DNA from: Candidatus Marinacidobacterales bacterium
GTDB taxonomy: Bacteria > Acidobacteriota > Vicinamibacteria > Marinacidobacterales > DATDRI01
NCBI GenBank assembly: GCA_965226495.1
Contig: OZ245365.1
Span: forward strand, 3,200,001 to 3,264,000
DNA length: 64,000 nucleotides
Direction of reading: 5' to 3'
Shown here one piece after another: positions 20,347 through 31,846 of this stretch. The notes beneath the pieces were generated by a model. The model was given only the letters and a program-made list of their open reading frames with translations, made no database searches and was not told the origin of the DNA. A program made the translations under genes and the position numbers. Each line of letters opens with the position of its first letter. Position 1 is the first letter of the stretch.

Positions 20347-20472
20347 GAAGTTTCGGGCTACTCCATCTTCCAGAAATGTTCGACACCAGCCCGTTCACTA
20401 CGAAAGTTCATGGTTCCTCAGCTTCGAATAGGGACCGATTTTCGGCGGAGCCTGGGCACTCTATAATGGGGC

Positions 20473-20946
20473 ATGGCAACGTTGCTTCTCCTGTTCATCG
20501 TGGTGCCGGTGGTCGAGCTGGCGCTCCTCCTCGAGATCGGGTCGCGCATCGGAACTCTCGATACCATCGCCCTCATCGTAGTGACGGGTTTCGTGGGTGC
20601 GGGGCTCGCGCGGTGGCAGGGGTTTCTCGTCTTGCGACGGATGCAAGAGCAAGTGGGGCGCGGCGAGCTTCCCGCCTCTTCGCTGATCGACGGCGTTCTC
20701 ATTCTGATTGCCGCCGCATTCCTCGTGACTCCCGGGATTCTGACCGACGCCGTCGGGTTCGCTCTTCTGGTGCCGACGGTCCGCCTTCTGTTGAGACGGG
20801 CGGTACGCCGGCGCATCGAACAGAACATCGGGCGAGGCCAGCTTCGAGTCTTCGTGTCGGGAGAGCCTCCTCCGAGCGGAAGAGTTGCCAAGGGCGGGCC
20901 GGCGATCGACATTCGGCCCGAGCCGGACGACGACGCCCGGGACTAA
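20473..20946 (+). CDS. fxsA: FxsA family membrane protein
   Basis: 'LFIVVPVVELALL', 'ARWQG', 'LVTPGILTDAVG'. Confidence 0.9.
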   Translation: MATLLLLFIVVPVVELALLLEIGSRIGTLDTIALIVVTGFVGAGLARWQGFLVLRRMQEQVGRGELPASSLIDGVLILIAAAFLVTPGILTDAVGFALLVPTVRLLLRRAVRRRIEQNIGRGQLRVFVSGEPPPSGRVAKGGPAIDIRPEPDDDARD

Positions 20947-21003
20947 AGAGCGCGACCCGGGTAACTAGAAGAATAGGTACCGTGACGAACTAGCCCTCGC
21001 CTT

Positions 21004-22944
21004 CTACGGCGTGTACCAGATCGGCGAAGTGTAGGCGCGCTCTTGCGTCGAAACCGGAGCACCCTCGGGGATCGGAACACCGAACCGGAACGCGTCGTAG
21101 GTCGACCAGCGTGGAGTTGGGATCTCGATGACGCGGGTGTAGTAGACCGCCTTTTGAGACGCATCGAAGTCGGGATCGGTCCAGACAGCGGCGAGGTCCG
21201 ACGCCCCGATCGTATTGGTGAAATTTGCCGTGGCGACGTCGACGGTGTTCCCGACCGCTGGTAGCTTCCCGTTCTTGCCCGGCTTGCGATCGCCAGACCA
21301 TGCGACGTCGTAGACCTTCTCGTGCGTGTTTCCACCGGCGTCCATCCAGCCCTTCACGATCTGGATGCGGTCCAGGTTGCCTCCGATCGGGTCCTTGATG
21401 GCGTAAACCATGAAGCTCGGCGCTCCGCTACCGGCACGCGCCGGCAGATCGCCGCCCATGGGGACACCCTTCGAATAACCGGCGAAAGCTGGCGTGCGGC
21501 TATTGAGGTCCGTCGCCGTGAAGTCCCAGCCGCCGAAGAAGCGCACACCCATGCGGCTACCGGTGGTGGCGTAGGTTTCCTTGCGCTCCATCGCGTCGAA
21601 GATCGCTTCGCGCGTGTTCTCGGTCGCCCACACCGCGGCCAAGCCGGAGGCGGCCAACTGCCAACCGTCGATCCCGCGTTTGCCGTCCGGGGACTTCATC
21701 ATCGGGTGCGTCATACGGTGCGGGCTCGGCTCGTAGCCGGTGTGCTTGCCAAAGAAGTTGTCTTCCTGGGCGGTGGCGAGAGCAGTGTGGCTATCGGTCG
21801 AGCCGATCTGGCCGAACTTGTACGGGTTCGTGCCGAGGCGCGATTCAATGACGAGGCCACGCTTCAATGCCTCGCGGGCATACTCCCCGGCGAGCATGGC
21901 GTCGGTCTTGATCTCGGAGAGGTCGAGATTACCGACATCCCAGGTCTCGTAATCCGCGAACTCGTCGTCCGGCGATAAGAACGAGTGTGTCTCGCCGTCA
22001 CCCTTGATCTGGGTCGTCTCGTAGAGCGGCTCCCAACGGCGACGCTCGGTGACGTAATCCTCGTCGAGCGCCCTGCCGTTCCACTGAGCGTCCATCGGGA
22101 ACATGATGCCGTTCGAGAGATTGCCGTTGTGAGCAATGGCAAGGACGTCGCCACCGGTCTTCTCTTCGAAGTTCGCCAACCACTTCCAGAGGTCGCGTGG
22201 ATCGGGACTGCCTAACGGCGGCATGGTCGTGTAGGCAACCATCTGCGAAGCCTTCGCGGCATCATCACGATAGATGACGACCCGGTGCATGTTGCCACCT
22301 TTGATCAGCGAGGTCCATTCGAAACCGATGAAGGCGGTGAATTTTCCGGGATCGTTGAACTCCTCAGCCGCTGCGATGGTGTCGTCCCACACGAACTTGT
22401 ATATCTTGGTATCGGGCGCATACACCAGCCCTTCCGGGAACTTGCCTTGTGAGAACAAACCGATAAGCTCGAGCGCGACGCTGACGCCGTCGCCCGCTTG
22501 AATCCGTTCGTACCAGTCCCGACCGGTGGGATCGGCCAGGATGTGCGGCTTGCCCGCGTACAGATCCGGAAAGAGGCCCATGTTGTCGGAATGATCGGCG
22601 ATGACCAGCCAGTCTAATGGGCGGGACAGCCTCACCGGCAGGCCGGCTGAAGCGATCACTTCTTCGCCGCGTGCGAATCGATAAGCATCGCGAAGGCCGA
22701 GCCGGTTCCCGAACGCGCCTGCGTCCATCGAGAGAGAAGTGTGAAGATGCGAGTCGCCCCAATACGGACGGCTCGCGAACCCGCGCTTGGCGTAGGGAGA
22801 ATAGGTCTTACCCGGATAGGCGTTCGACAGTACCTTCTCTGCGTCGGGCGGCGCGGGCAATTGAGCCGACGTCGGGGTCGCGACCGCGGTAAGAGCAACT
22901 ACGGTAAGAGCAACTACAACTATGAGCCTGCTTAGCTTCTTCAC
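21004..22944 (-). CDS. DUF3604 domain exported protein (PHP-like metallo fold)
   Basis: [42 protein letters not shown] and [11 protein letters not shown]; likely GTG start at 22944 after GGAGG. Confidence 0.9.
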   Translation of the reverse strand: MKKLSRLIVVVALTVVALTAVATPTSAQLPAPPDAEKVLSNAYPGKTYSPYAKRGFASRPYWGDSHLHTSLSMDAGAFGNRLGLRDAYRFARGEEVIASAGLPVRLSRPLDWLVIADHSDNMGLFPDLYAGKPHILADPTGRDWYERIQAGDGVSVALELIGLFSQGKFPEGLVYAPDTKIYKFVWDDTIAAAEEFNDPGKFTAFIGFEWTSLIKGGNMHRVVIYRDDAAKASQMVAYTTMPPLGSPDPRDLWKWLANFEEKTGGDVLAIAHNGNLSNGIMFPMDAQWNGRALDEDYVTERRRWEPLYETTQIKGDGETHSFLSPDDEFADYETWDVGNLDLSEIKTDAMLAGEYAREALKRGLVIESRLGTNPYKFGQIGSTDSHTALATAQEDNFFGKHTGYEPSPHRMTHPMMKSPDGKRGIDGWQLAASGLAAVWATENTREAIFDAMERKETYATTGSRMGVRFFGGWDFTATDLNSRTPAFAGYSKGVPMGGDLPARAGSGAPSFMVYAIKDPIGGNLDRIQIVKGWMDAGGNTHEKVYDVAWSGDRKPGKNGKLPAVGNTVDVATANFTNTIGASDLAAVWTDPDFDASQKAVYYTRVIEIPTPRWSTYDAFRFGVPIPEGAPVSTQERAYTSPIWYTP

Positions 22945-23025
22945 TACGTCAACCTCCACCTGCGGAATAACTGCTTAGAATGAACTTGCTTGCCAATCTC
23001 GTCCGGGCGAAATTCAGGGGAGACC

Positions 23026-24138
23026 TTACTCCATCTTCCAAAAGTCGATCCCCGAAGCCTGCTTGCCGACATCGATAGACGCTCGCGTCTCGAAAGTCTG
23101 GAGATCGATGACGTCCACCGTCCCCGGATCGTCACTGACTCCTTCGATGGAGACGAAAGCGAAGCGGTTGTCGGGACTCACCGTCACACCGTGCGTGATC
23201 CGGCGGCTCGCGGGAACGCTGGCTAGCTCCTTCCCGGTCTCGAGATCCCAGATCGCGGTGGAGTTGTTCGGCTTGCAGGTCGCGAGGACCATCTTGCCGT
23301 TCGGCGTGACCGCCAGGTTGTAAGGCCCTTTCTGGGTGTGAAACCGCCGCGTAATCTTCCAATCGTTCAGACTGACTTCGGCGATCTGGTTGGCCCCTTG
23401 AAGCGCGACGTAGATGTAGGGTTTTGTCGGATGAGGCTGCACCCACGTGGGTTTCACGACCGCCATCTGGTGATCCTCGCCATGGTGAACGGGAGCCGCC
23501 GTATCGTCCTTGGTGAGATGGAGCTTCCGGCCCACCTTCAGCTGCATCACATCGATCTCGTAAAGCGTATCGTCCATCATGCCCACCGAGTAGTGAAACT
23601 TCCCGTCCGGGCTGGCTCGGGAGCCATGGGGCATCATGCCTTGTTCGATCTGCGCGATCTCGGTCATGGAGGCGGTGTCGATGACTGAGACGGTGCTGGG
23701 CTCCATGTCTCCGTGGAGATTGAAATTGACGACGAACATCAAGCCTGTGGTTCGGCTGATGTCCATGGTGGCGGGAAACAATCCCGCCTGGACGTCACTG
23801 ACGGAAACGTCGTCCCCCGTCTCGTACTTGAAGACCGATCCGTATGGTAGTCCATGCGCGATGGATACGTACCAATACCGACCGCTGGGTGATACGCGAA
23901 TCCCGTGTGGCCCTTCGGTCTCGGTGGGAAAGACACCGACCTCGATGGTCTTGACGACTTCTCCACCTTCGGGACCGAACTTCACCAAGTGGACAGTGTC
24001 TTCGGACTCCGCTGCGACATAGACGTAGTAATTCTTGTCCACGGGATCGCCCGCACCGTGTATCGAGGTCTCGTCGAGCCACGCCGCCGCCGCCACCACG
24101 ATCGCCCCGAAAAGGGCGAGCAGCCTTCGGTATCTCAT
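23026..24138 (-). CDS. YncE/YVTN-like exported beta-propeller, His/Met-rich (copy B)
   Basis: Paralog of 2943-4088 (NYYxYVAAESxD, VVNFNLHGDMEPST shared); ATGA overlap with the upstream gene. Confidence 0.85.
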   Translation of the reverse strand: MRYRRLLALFGAIVVAAAAWLDETSIHGAGDPVDKNYYVYVAAESEDTVHLVKFGPEGGEVVKTIEVGVFPTETEGPHGIRVSPSGRYWYVSIAHGLPYGSVFKYETGDDVSVSDVQAGLFPATMDISRTTGLMFVVNFNLHGDMEPSTVSVIDTASMTEIAQIEQGMMPHGSRASPDGKFHYSVGMMDDTLYEIDVMQLKVGRKLHLTKDDTAAPVHHGEDHQMAVVKPTWVQPHPTKPYIYVALQGANQIAEVSLNDWKITRRFHTQKGPYNLAVTPNGKMVLATCKPNNSTAIWDLETGKELASVPASRRITHGVTVSPDNRFAFVSIEGVSDDPGTVDVIDLQTFETRASIDVGKQASGIDFWKME

Positions 24139-26204
24139 GGGCTCGCGGGGTCCTTTTCATCATCGGGGGATACCAAGCGAACCGCCCAAAGCCCGCTGTG
24201 GAAGTCGGAGAAGAAGATGGTGCCCTTGTGGGGTTGCGGTCCCCAGGCCATGGGTGAATTCGGTACATAAGCTTCGGGATCGTCGGAATAAAAACGCCCC
24301 ATCTCCCGACCCTGGGCGTATAGATCGCCCAGCAGCTCACCCGAGACATCGAGCACGCGCAAGCCTCCCTGGTAGTAAGCCGCGTACAGAATCTCCTGGT
24401 CCCAATCGATCCAGTAGTTGTGTACGCCGTAATCCCCTACTTTGTAGCGAGCAACTTCCTTGGGATCCTCGAAATCGTCGAACTCGACAACGTGGATCCA
24501 ACCACCCATCCGAGTGGGTAGTTTCAACCCCGAGTTGAATGGCTCATCCTCCGGAATTCGAGGATTTGGAAACGAGGTCTCGTCGCCTCCGAAGACGTAA
24601 AACTTTCCGGCCGACTTGCTCTTGAGCGGCCACACTGCGTGGTTCCAGCGGGTGATCTGATCGGCGCGGCCCATCTCGACGGGGCGAGCCGGGGAGCCAC
24701 CCTTCCCTCCCCCGCCGACATCGACCAGGATCAATCCATCCGTCCTTCCGGCTTGATAAGCGATGCCGTCGTGTACCCAAACGTCGTGCACCGAGCGGCC
24801 AGGACTGCTGGTCTCGAAGCGGCCAACGCGCGTGGGCTTGGTCGGATCTTCAATGTTGATCACGTCCCAGCGCCGGCCGTTGTTCACCGCATAGACGTGG
24901 TTGTCGTAGACGAAGACGTTGTGGACACCGCCGGTGAGTTGATCGTCGAAGGTGGAAAGGATCTGGACGTCCCGCGGATTGCTCACATCGAGGATGACGA
25001 TCCCGTTCCGGCGGTTCGACGCACCTTCTCGACTAATGACACAGATACGCCCGTCCTCGGAAACCTTGACGTCATTCACCGTGCGCGCGTCTACTTGCAC
25101 CGTGTCGATGAGCTCCATGTTGGCGGGATCGGTGACGTCATAGAAGTACGCATTGCCGGGCCCGTTCCAACTTCCAATCACCGCGTAGTCGCGACCGTCC
25201 GCGCCTTCCCAAATCCACAGGTCCGATGTCCGGTGATCTGGAACTCGTGCCTCACCGACGAACTCGAATTTCCGTGCGACGTCTCGCTGCGTGATCCGAA
25301 CGCTTTCCCGGGCCACCGCCTCGCCCGACATCGCGACAACGGTATAAATGCCTTGCTGCTCCGCCACGAAGCGACCATCGTCGAGTATCATCGCCGCGGC
25401 TCCGGCGCCCAAAGACTCCGGGTGTGCCGGGTCGGGGCGATTTCGAAGAGAGAACGCAACCGGCACACTGGTTACGACCTTGCCCTGCGCGTCCTTGGCC
25501 ACCGCCTGGAAACGGATCACGTCCCCGGTGCGGGCCTCCCGTTGAGAAGCGGTGAGCTCGATCGAGTGAACTGGGTTTGGTTCCACCTCGAACGTCAACG
25601 TCGCGCTGACGTTGTCCGCGGTGGCGGTCACGGTCGCCGTCCCAGGCACGAGCCCGGTCAGGTTTCCGAAGCCATCGGTTTCGGCAATCGCGGTGTCGCT
25701 GACTCCAAGCGTCGGAGCGATGTCGTGCCGTTCCCCCCCGCTCTCATCGACCCCGCTGACGCGAACCGGTATCGTTGTGCCCGCATACACCGTGGACGGG
25801 ACGTCTACGATCTCGAGGCTGATAAGCGGAGGCACCGGCACGGTGACCTCGAGCTTTCCCCGAATACCCGCATCGAGAAACCCGGTGTAGCTGTCGGGCT
25901 CACCCTCTATGCGTTCCTCAGGCGACAGCGCGGTCACTCCGTGCTCCCCCGGTCGAACAGCCTTGACCAGGCCCCCAGGGGTCACCTCGAGATAGATTCG
26001 GCTCCCAAAAAAAAGAACCTGAGCGTCGGGTAGGACGTTACCTTCCGCGTCCTTGACCACCGCCTTGAGCTGCGCCGTTTCGCCCACCTTGAGCGTCAAG
26101 GTCGAGGGCTCGATCTCTACCGTCGCGGGTGCCTGCGCCAAGAGAGCAGTCGGAGTTAAGGCAGCCAAAGCGACCATCAAAAGAGCTGTGGCGAATCCCT
26201 TCAT
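24135..26204 (-). CDS. Exported Ig-like + LVIVD-repeat beta-propeller protein (copy B)
   Basis: ATG 26204 after GGAGGAAG; signal peptide; paralog of 4104-6179 (TSDLWIWEG, VDARTVNDVKVSED, GGVHNVF shared). Confidence 0.87.
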   Translation of the reverse strand: MKGFATALLMVALAALTPTALLAQAPATVEIEPSTLTLKVGETAQLKAVVKDAEGNVLPDAQVLFFGSRIYLEVTPGGLVKAVRPGEHGVTALSPEERIEGEPDSYTGFLDAGIRGKLEVTVPVPPLISLEIVDVPSTVYAGTTIPVRVSGVDESGGERHDIAPTLGVSDTAIAETDGFGNLTGLVPGTATVTATADNVSATLTFEVEPNPVHSIELTASQREARTGDVIRFQAVAKDAQGKVVTSVPVAFSLRNRPDPAHPESLGAGAAAMILDDGRFVAEQQGIYTVVAMSGEAVARESVRITQRDVARKFEFVGEARVPDHRTSDLWIWEGADGRDYAVIGSWNGPGNAYFYDVTDPANMELIDTVQVDARTVNDVKVSEDGRICVISREGASNRRNGIVILDVSNPRDVQILSTFDDQLTGGVHNVFVYDNHVYAVNNGRRWDVINIEDPTKPTRVGRFETSSPGRSVHDVWVHDGIAYQAGRTDGLILVDVGGGGKGGSPARPVEMGRADQITRWNHAVWPLKSKSAGKFYVFGGDETSFPNPRIPEDEPFNSGLKLPTRMGGWIHVVEFDDFEDPKEVARYKVGDYGVHNYWIDWDQEILYAAYYQGGLRVLDVSGELLGDLYAQGREMGRFYSDDPEAYVPNSPMAWGPQPHKGTIFFSDFHSGLWAVRLVSPDDEKDPASP

Positions 26205-26351
26205 ATTCTTCCTCCAATTTTTGGGGTCGTCCGGGCCGTACCTTACACCCTTAGGCGGGCCCTGAAAAGCCTGAAAAAAACCGCAGCGAGGCGGCGGCGC
26301 GACCTGCAAGACCTGCAAGATAAGATAGGATGACAGACGACGACGACCAAC

Positions 26352-28934
26352 ATGAGCCTCAGCTTCACCCAGTATTGGCCCCTCCTCTTCATGTTGGTGG
26401 TCCCCTTCGTGTGGTGGATCCGGGTCCGCACCGCAACCGGGCTTACCCCTAGGCATCTGAGGCTTTCCGCTTTCGCGCGCTCCGCCGTCATCGTGCTTCT
26501 CGCTCTCGCGATCATGCGCCCGGTTTGGAATCGCACCGGGGTGTGGACATCGGTGGTCTACGTGCTCGACGTCTCCCGTAGCGTGTCCCCGGCCTTCGTT
26601 GACTCCGCGATACGGTGGATGGCTCAGGCGACCGAAGAAGGCGGGCCGCAGCATGCGCGCTACGTGGCCTTTGCGGCGGAGCCGGTTGTCGTGGAAGTCC
26701 CGGAGGAAATCCGAACGCTATCCGTGTCCACCGGCGAGCCCAACACAAGTTCGGCTGGACTTGCCCAAATCGTCCAAAGCTCCACCAACATCGAGAAAGC
26801 GCTCGGACGGGCGCTGCAACACTTCGCGCCGCATACCCTCAAACGCTTAGTACTGCTCACCGATGGTAACGAGACCGCGGGGGATCTAACCAAGGCCCTG
26901 GGGCTTGCCAAAGGAGGGGGGGTACGCGTGTTTGCCCTGCCCGCCACCGTGCGAGCCGAAACGGACTCCTGGATCGAGGCGATCGCCGTACCGGAGGAAG
27001 TGAGAGCCGACGAGCCGGTGGAAGTCGAAGTACAAGTATTCAGCCGAGTGGTCAATGAGAGGCCGATCGTGCTGCGACGCTCCGGCGAGGTCATCGCGCA
27101 AAGGGGTCTGGAATTGAAGCCCGGGTCAAACCGTAGCACGTTCGAGGTCCGCTTCCCGGATCAAGGCCTGGTCACACTGCAAGCGCGCCTCGGAGTGGAT
27201 GGAATCACCTTCCCCAAGAACGAGCATTATTCGAGATCGGTTTGGGTGAGCGGCCCGGCGCGGGTTCTCTATGTCGAGGGCCATGCCGCAAGCGCGCACT
27301 ACCTCGAAAGAGCTCTTGTGGCTTCGGGGATCGAAGTGGACACAGTTCCCCCAAGCGCCCTCTCCGCAAAGTCGAGCGACCTAACGGACTACGACGCGGT
27401 CATCCTTAGCGACCTACCTCCTCAAAACCTCAACGACGACCTGATGCGCGCTATCGAGAGTTACGTCCGCGATGAGGGTGGCGGACTCGTTTTCGCTGGG
27501 GGCGAGTCCAGCTACGGCAAGGAGGGCTATTCCGGATCGCCGGTCGAGAAGGTCTTGCCAATTTGGTTTCGCGTCGAAGAAGAACGAAAGGATCTCGCAC
27601 TTGTCATCACGCTCGACAAGTCCTACAGCATGAGCGGCGACAAGATGGAGCTGGCCAAGGAGGCGACCTTGGCGGCCCTCAGTCTTCTTCAAGACACGCA
27701 CCGTTTCGGTTTGGTGACTTTCAACTGGGATCCCTATGTGACGGTGCCACTGCAACTCGCGGAGAATCGCTCCGAGATTCAAGATGAAATCCGTCGCGTG
27801 CAAGCGAGCGCCCAAACGAACATCTTCCCTGCGTTGAGAAGCTCCTTTCGCCAACTGACAGGCTCCGATGCCAAGATCAAGCACATCATTCTGTTATCCG
27901 ACGGCAAGACTTACCCCGACGACTACCAAGGCCTCGTCGCTCGCATGGTGGAAGCCGACATCACGATCTCGACGGTGGCTGTCGGTGAAGAAGCGGATCG
28001 CGATCTCCTGGCGGAAATAGCCGAATGGGGAAAAGGTCGAACCTATTACATCGAGGACGCGGCGCGCGTTCCACAAATATTCATCGAAGAGACCCAGATC
28101 GCGGTCCAGGCGACGCTCGTCGAGGAGCCATTTCAACCGGTCTTGAGTCGACCCATCGAGGCGTTGATGGGAATCGATTTCTCGACCGCTCCCCGGCTAC
28201 GGGGCTACGTCAGTACACAACCGAAAGACACCGCCGAAGTCATACTCGAATCCGATTCCGGAGCGCCGATCTTGGCGCGGTGGCAATACGGGCTCGGCAA
28301 AACCGTGGCCTTCACGTCCGACGTCAAGAACCGCTGGGGAGTCGAGTGGCTAAGCTGGCCGGGCTACGGAAAATTCTGGTCTCAGCTCGTTCGCGAAACG
28401 TTGAGAGCTCCTCCCCGGCCTGAGTTGGAATTCCGCGTCCGCCGCGAGGGCGAAGAGGCGTTGATCAGCCTGACCGCCGTCAACGACGAGGGGCGCCACA
28501 TCGATGAGCTCAAGCCGGAGGTCGAGATCATCGACCCGAAGGGCAAGCAGAAACGCATGCCGTTACCCCAGGTGGGACCCGGCGCTTATCAAACCCGCGT
28601 GCCCCTTGCCGCTTGGTCTGACTCGGCCTACATCTTTAATATAAAGGAGCCCGCAACCGAGGCGAGCCGGGCGCTCTACTACGAATACCCCGACGAATAT
28701 CGATTCTACCCGCCTCGCATCGAGCTGCTGCGCACCGTCAGCGAGGAGACCGGAGGAAAGCTCAATCCTGATATCGAGGAAATTTTCGCAGACTACGGCG
28801 AGACAGTTTCCAGACCGGTCGAATTATGGCCGCTTCTTGCCATGCTCGCCCTCGTCGGCTACCTACTCGACATCGCGATCCGCCGGGCGCCGTGGGTTTG
28901 GGAGAGGCTGGAGTCTAGCAGTAAGGCTGGTTAG
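26352..28934 (+). CDS. Double-VWA + glutamine-amidotransferase-like domain membrane protein
   Basis: MIDAS motifs DVSRS...LTDG and DKSYSM...LSDG; GATase-like 'YDAVILSD...GGGLVFAGG' and 'WQYGLGKTVAFTSD'; N- and C-terminal TMs. Confidence 0.87.
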   Translation: MSLSFTQYWPLLFMLVVPFVWWIRVRTATGLTPRHLRLSAFARSAVIVLLALAIMRPVWNRTGVWTSVVYVLDVSRSVSPAFVDSAIRWMAQATEEGGPQHARYVAFAAEPVVVEVPEEIRTLSVSTGEPNTSSAGLAQIVQSSTNIEKALGRALQHFAPHTLKRLVLLTDGNETAGDLTKALGLAKGGGVRVFALPATVRAETDSWIEAIAVPEEVRADEPVEVEVQVFSRVVNERPIVLRRSGEVIAQRGLELKPGSNRSTFEVRFPDQGLVTLQARLGVDGITFPKNEHYSRSVWVSGPARVLYVEGHAASAHYLERALVASGIEVDTVPPSALSAKSSDLTDYDAVILSDLPPQNLNDDLMRAIESYVRDEGGGLVFAGGESSYGKEGYSGSPVEKVLPIWFRVEEERKDLALVITLDKSYSMSGDKMELAKEATLAALSLLQDTHRFGLVTFNWDPYVTVPLQLAENRSEIQDEIRRVQASAQTNIFPALRSSFRQLTGSDAKIKHIILLSDGKTYPDDYQGLVARMVEADITISTVAVGEEADRDLLAEIAEWGKGRTYYIEDAARVPQIFIEETQIAVQATLVEEPFQPVLSRPIEALMGIDFSTAPRLRGYVSTQPKDTAEVILESDSGAPILARWQYGLGKTVAFTSDVKNRWGVEWLSWPGYGKFWSQLVRETLRAPPRPELEFRVRREGEEALISLTAVNDEGRHIDELKPEVEIIDPKGKQKRMPLPQVGPGAYQTRVPLAAWSDSAYIFNIKEPATEASRALYYEYPDEYRFYPPRIELLRTVSEETGGKLNPDIEEIFADYGETVSRPVELWPLLAMLALVGYLLDIAIRRAPWVWERLESSSKAG

Positions 28935-29044
28935 TGCCCGATGAATGGGCGCGACCATTGCCGTAACCACATGACACGACCGCCGTTGCAAGATCGGCCC
29001 CCCCGATGGTAGCCTTGACGCTCGGTTAGGTTGGAAACTATTTG

Positions 29045-31711
29045 ATGGCCATCCCGGCCCACACGCGTATCGGTTCCTACGAAGTCGTCTCCCCACTTGG
29101 TTCTGGCGGCATGGGTGACGTGTATCGAGCGAGGGATACAAACCTTCGCCGCGACGTTGCCATCAAAGTGCTGCCAGATGAATTCGCCAAAGATCCTGAG
29201 CGCCTCGCTCGGTTCGAGCGTGAGGCACGTATCCTCGCCTCGCTAAACCATCCGAACCTCGCGGCGGTATACGGTCTAGAGAAATCCGCGGACCTCGTCT
29301 ACCTCGTGATGGAGCTGGTACCCGGCGAGACTCTCGGTCAAAAACTGAACCACGGTCCGCTCGACCCTCGGCTCTCGCTCAACCTGTTTCATCAGATCGC
29401 TCAGGGTTTGGAAGCGGCCCACGATAAGGGCATCATCCATCGAGACCTCAAACCGGAAAATATCAGGATAACCCCGGAGAAACGCGTCAAGGTCCTGGAC
29501 TTCGGTCTCGCGAAGGCGTTCGCGCCACAATCTGAGGAGAAGAACGCAAAGTCCGCCACCGCGACATTCCAAGGAAACAGTCACGGCCTGATCATGGGAA
29601 CCCCCGCCTACATGAGCCCCGAGCAGGCCCGAGGACAGTCGCTCGACAAGCGAACCGATATCTGGTCGTTCGGGGTGTGCTTGTACGAAACGCTCGCTGG
29701 TCGTCACCCATTCCAGAGAGAGACCGTTTCCGATGTCATCGCAGCGATCCTCGGGAGCGAGCCGGACTGGAACCTACTACCGAAATCGACTCCTCGTGGC
29801 GTGCGGAGGCTCATCAAAACGTGCCTTCAAAAAGACACCGATCAGCGCCTTCATGATATTGCCGATGCGCGGATCGACATCGGCGACGTCGTCTCGGTAG
29901 CCTCCGGCGCCACCCCCATCGACATCGAGCCGTCTCCGAACTGGCTGAAGAAAGTGCTTTGGCCGGTAGGGATCATCGCAGCAACGCTCCTCGTCGGCCT
30001 CGCGATCCGCGGTCTGGTCCCGAGCAGCGAATCAAACGTCCGGCCCATGCGACGGTTCACCATGGGCCTTCCACCGACGATCCCGTTGGCTGTTGGCTCT
30101 GGGCCGGCGCTAGCTCTTTCACCGGACGGAACTCGCTTTGTTTATGCCACGCGGCGAGGCGGCAAATCGCAACTGTACCTACGCAACATGGACGATCTCG
30201 AGCCGACTCCGATCCCGGGTACCGAAGAAGGGCTCGGTCCTTTCTTTTCTCCCGACGGAAATTGGTTGGGCTTCTTCGCCGCGGGGAAGTTAAAGACGGT
30301 GCCACTTGCCGGCGGGAGGGCAATTACTCTTGCCGACAGTCCGAGTCCGCGAGGCGCAAGTTGGGGCCCGGACGGCACGATCGTGTTCGCCCCGCTTACG
30401 GTGAGCGGGCTATCGACGGTTTCCACGACCGGTTCTGGTCTTAGCGTTCTGACATCACTGGGCTCGGTAGAAGGCGAGAAGAGTCACCGCTGGCCCAGTT
30501 TCCTTCCCGGCGGAGAGACTGTCCTCTACACCAGTTGGACAAACGGACGTTACGACATCGAAGCGGTTTCGATGAAAACCCGTGAACACAAGACGCTCAT
30601 CGAAGACGGTGCGTACGGCCGTTACTCACCGACCGGGCACCTGGTGTTCGCCCGCGCCGGATCGCTCTTCGCCACCCATTTCGATCCGTCGAGGCTCGAG
30701 ATCGGAGAACCCGTCGAGGTCGTCGAAGGCGTCATGATGGATTCGCAAACGGGCGCCGCATTTTTCAGCTTCGCCGACGACGGGCTGATGGTGTATGCGC
30801 CCGGCGGTGCCCACCCACCTCATTCCGGTGGGACCGGAGTCTTGCTGTCGGTGGATCGCCAGGGCGTAGCGCGCCCGCTCGCTCCGATCCAGAGAGCCTT
30901 TCAGCTTCCGCGCATGTCACCGATCGATCCAGGACGCTTGATCGCCACCATCACCGAAGGAGGTAAGACAGACGTTTGGGCGTACGAGATCGGGCGCGGG
31001 GCGACGACGCGACTCACGTTCGAGGCAAGCAACGGGGCCGCAGTGTGGACACCCGATGGGAAGCAGATCACCTTCGCCTCCGATCGGGTCGGCTCTTTCA
31101 GCCTTTTTGCCAAGCCCGCCGACGGAAGCGGTAAGGCAGAGCAGCTCCTCGAAAGCGCCTACCCACAGTTCCCTAGTTCCTGGTCACCGGATGGGCAATA
31201 CCTTGCGCTGACTGAAATCCACCCTTCTTCCGGTTTGGATATCCTCCTCTTGAAGAAGGGCACCGCGCAACCCGAGCCCGTCATGGCGAGTACGTACAAC
31301 GAAAGCGGCGCGATGTTCTCGCCAGATGGTAAATGGATTGCGTACGTCTCCGATGAATCGGGCCAAGACGAGGTCTACGTACGGGCTCATCCGAGCGGTG
31401 GAAAATTTCAAATTTCCGGCGATGGCGGGACCGAACCGGTCTGGGCCCGCAACGGGCGAGCGCTCTTCTATCGACGCGGAGATTGGGTAATGGCGGTCGG
31501 CGTAGAAGCGCAGTCAGAGTTCAAGGCAGGCAGACCGCAGGCACTCTTCGAGGCTCCTTACGACGAGGCCGGGGCCGCCAATTCCAACTACGACACGACC
31601 GCGGACGGTGGCTTTGTGATGGTTCGGAGTGAGCAAGAGTCGGAGGCGGCGCGACTGCTCGTCGTGACCAACTGGTTCGAAGAGTTGAAACGCCGCGCAC
31701 CGAGAGACTAG
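29045..31711 (+). CDS. Ser/Thr kinase with TolB-like (PD40) beta-propeller
   Basis: [21 protein letters not shown]; one TM; repeated FSPDG/WSPDG; ends NWFEELKR. Confidence 0.93.
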   Translation: MAIPAHTRIGSYEVVSPLGSGGMGDVYRARDTNLRRDVAIKVLPDEFAKDPERLARFEREARILASLNHPNLAAVYGLEKSADLVYLVMELVPGETLGQKLNHGPLDPRLSLNLFHQIAQGLEAAHDKGIIHRDLKPENIRITPEKRVKVLDFGLAKAFAPQSEEKNAKSATATFQGNSHGLIMGTPAYMSPEQARGQSLDKRTDIWSFGVCLYETLAGRHPFQRETVSDVIAAILGSEPDWNLLPKSTPRGVRRLIKTCLQKDTDQRLHDIADARIDIGDVVSVASGATPIDIEPSPNWLKKVLWPVGIIAATLLVGLAIRGLVPSSESNVRPMRRFTMGLPPTIPLAVGSGPALALSPDGTRFVYATRRGGKSQLYLRNMDDLEPTPIPGTEEGLGPFFSPDGNWLGFFAAGKLKTVPLAGGRAITLADSPSPRGASWGPDGTIVFAPLTVSGLSTVSTTGSGLSVLTSLGSVEGEKSHRWPSFLPGGETVLYTSWTNGRYDIEAVSMKTREHKTLIEDGAYGRYSPTGHLVFARAGSLFATHFDPSRLEIGEPVEVVEGVMMDSQTGAAFFSFADDGLMVYAPGGAHPPHSGGTGVLLSVDRQGVARPLAPIQRAFQLPRMSPIDPGRLIATITEGGKTDVWAYEIGRGATTRLTFEASNGAAVWTPDGKQITFASDRVGSFSLFAKPADGSGKAEQLLESAYPQFPSSWSPDGQYLALTEIHPSSGLDILLLKKGTAQPEPVMASTYNESGAMFSPDGKWIAYVSDESGQDEVYVRAHPSGGKFQISGDGGTEPVWARNGRALFYRRGDWVMAVGVEAQSEFKAGRPQALFEAPYDEAGAANSNYDTTADGGFVMVRSEQESEAARLLVVTNWFEELKRRAPRD

Positions 31712-31846
31712 GGGCTTTGATGATCGCTGGCCTTCCCTGGACCGCCTGGCTGCTTTGGATCGCCGCCATCGGCTTGGGCTTGGCGATCGAGCTCGTGTTC
31801 TACTTACGCCACCAACGCGGCGCCGAGGACGAATCGAACTAGGCTT

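Noticed and set aside
22887-22917. 15-bp tandem duplication (VVALT x2) in the DUF3604 signal peptide
   Set aside because: In-frame slippage with no evident consequence.
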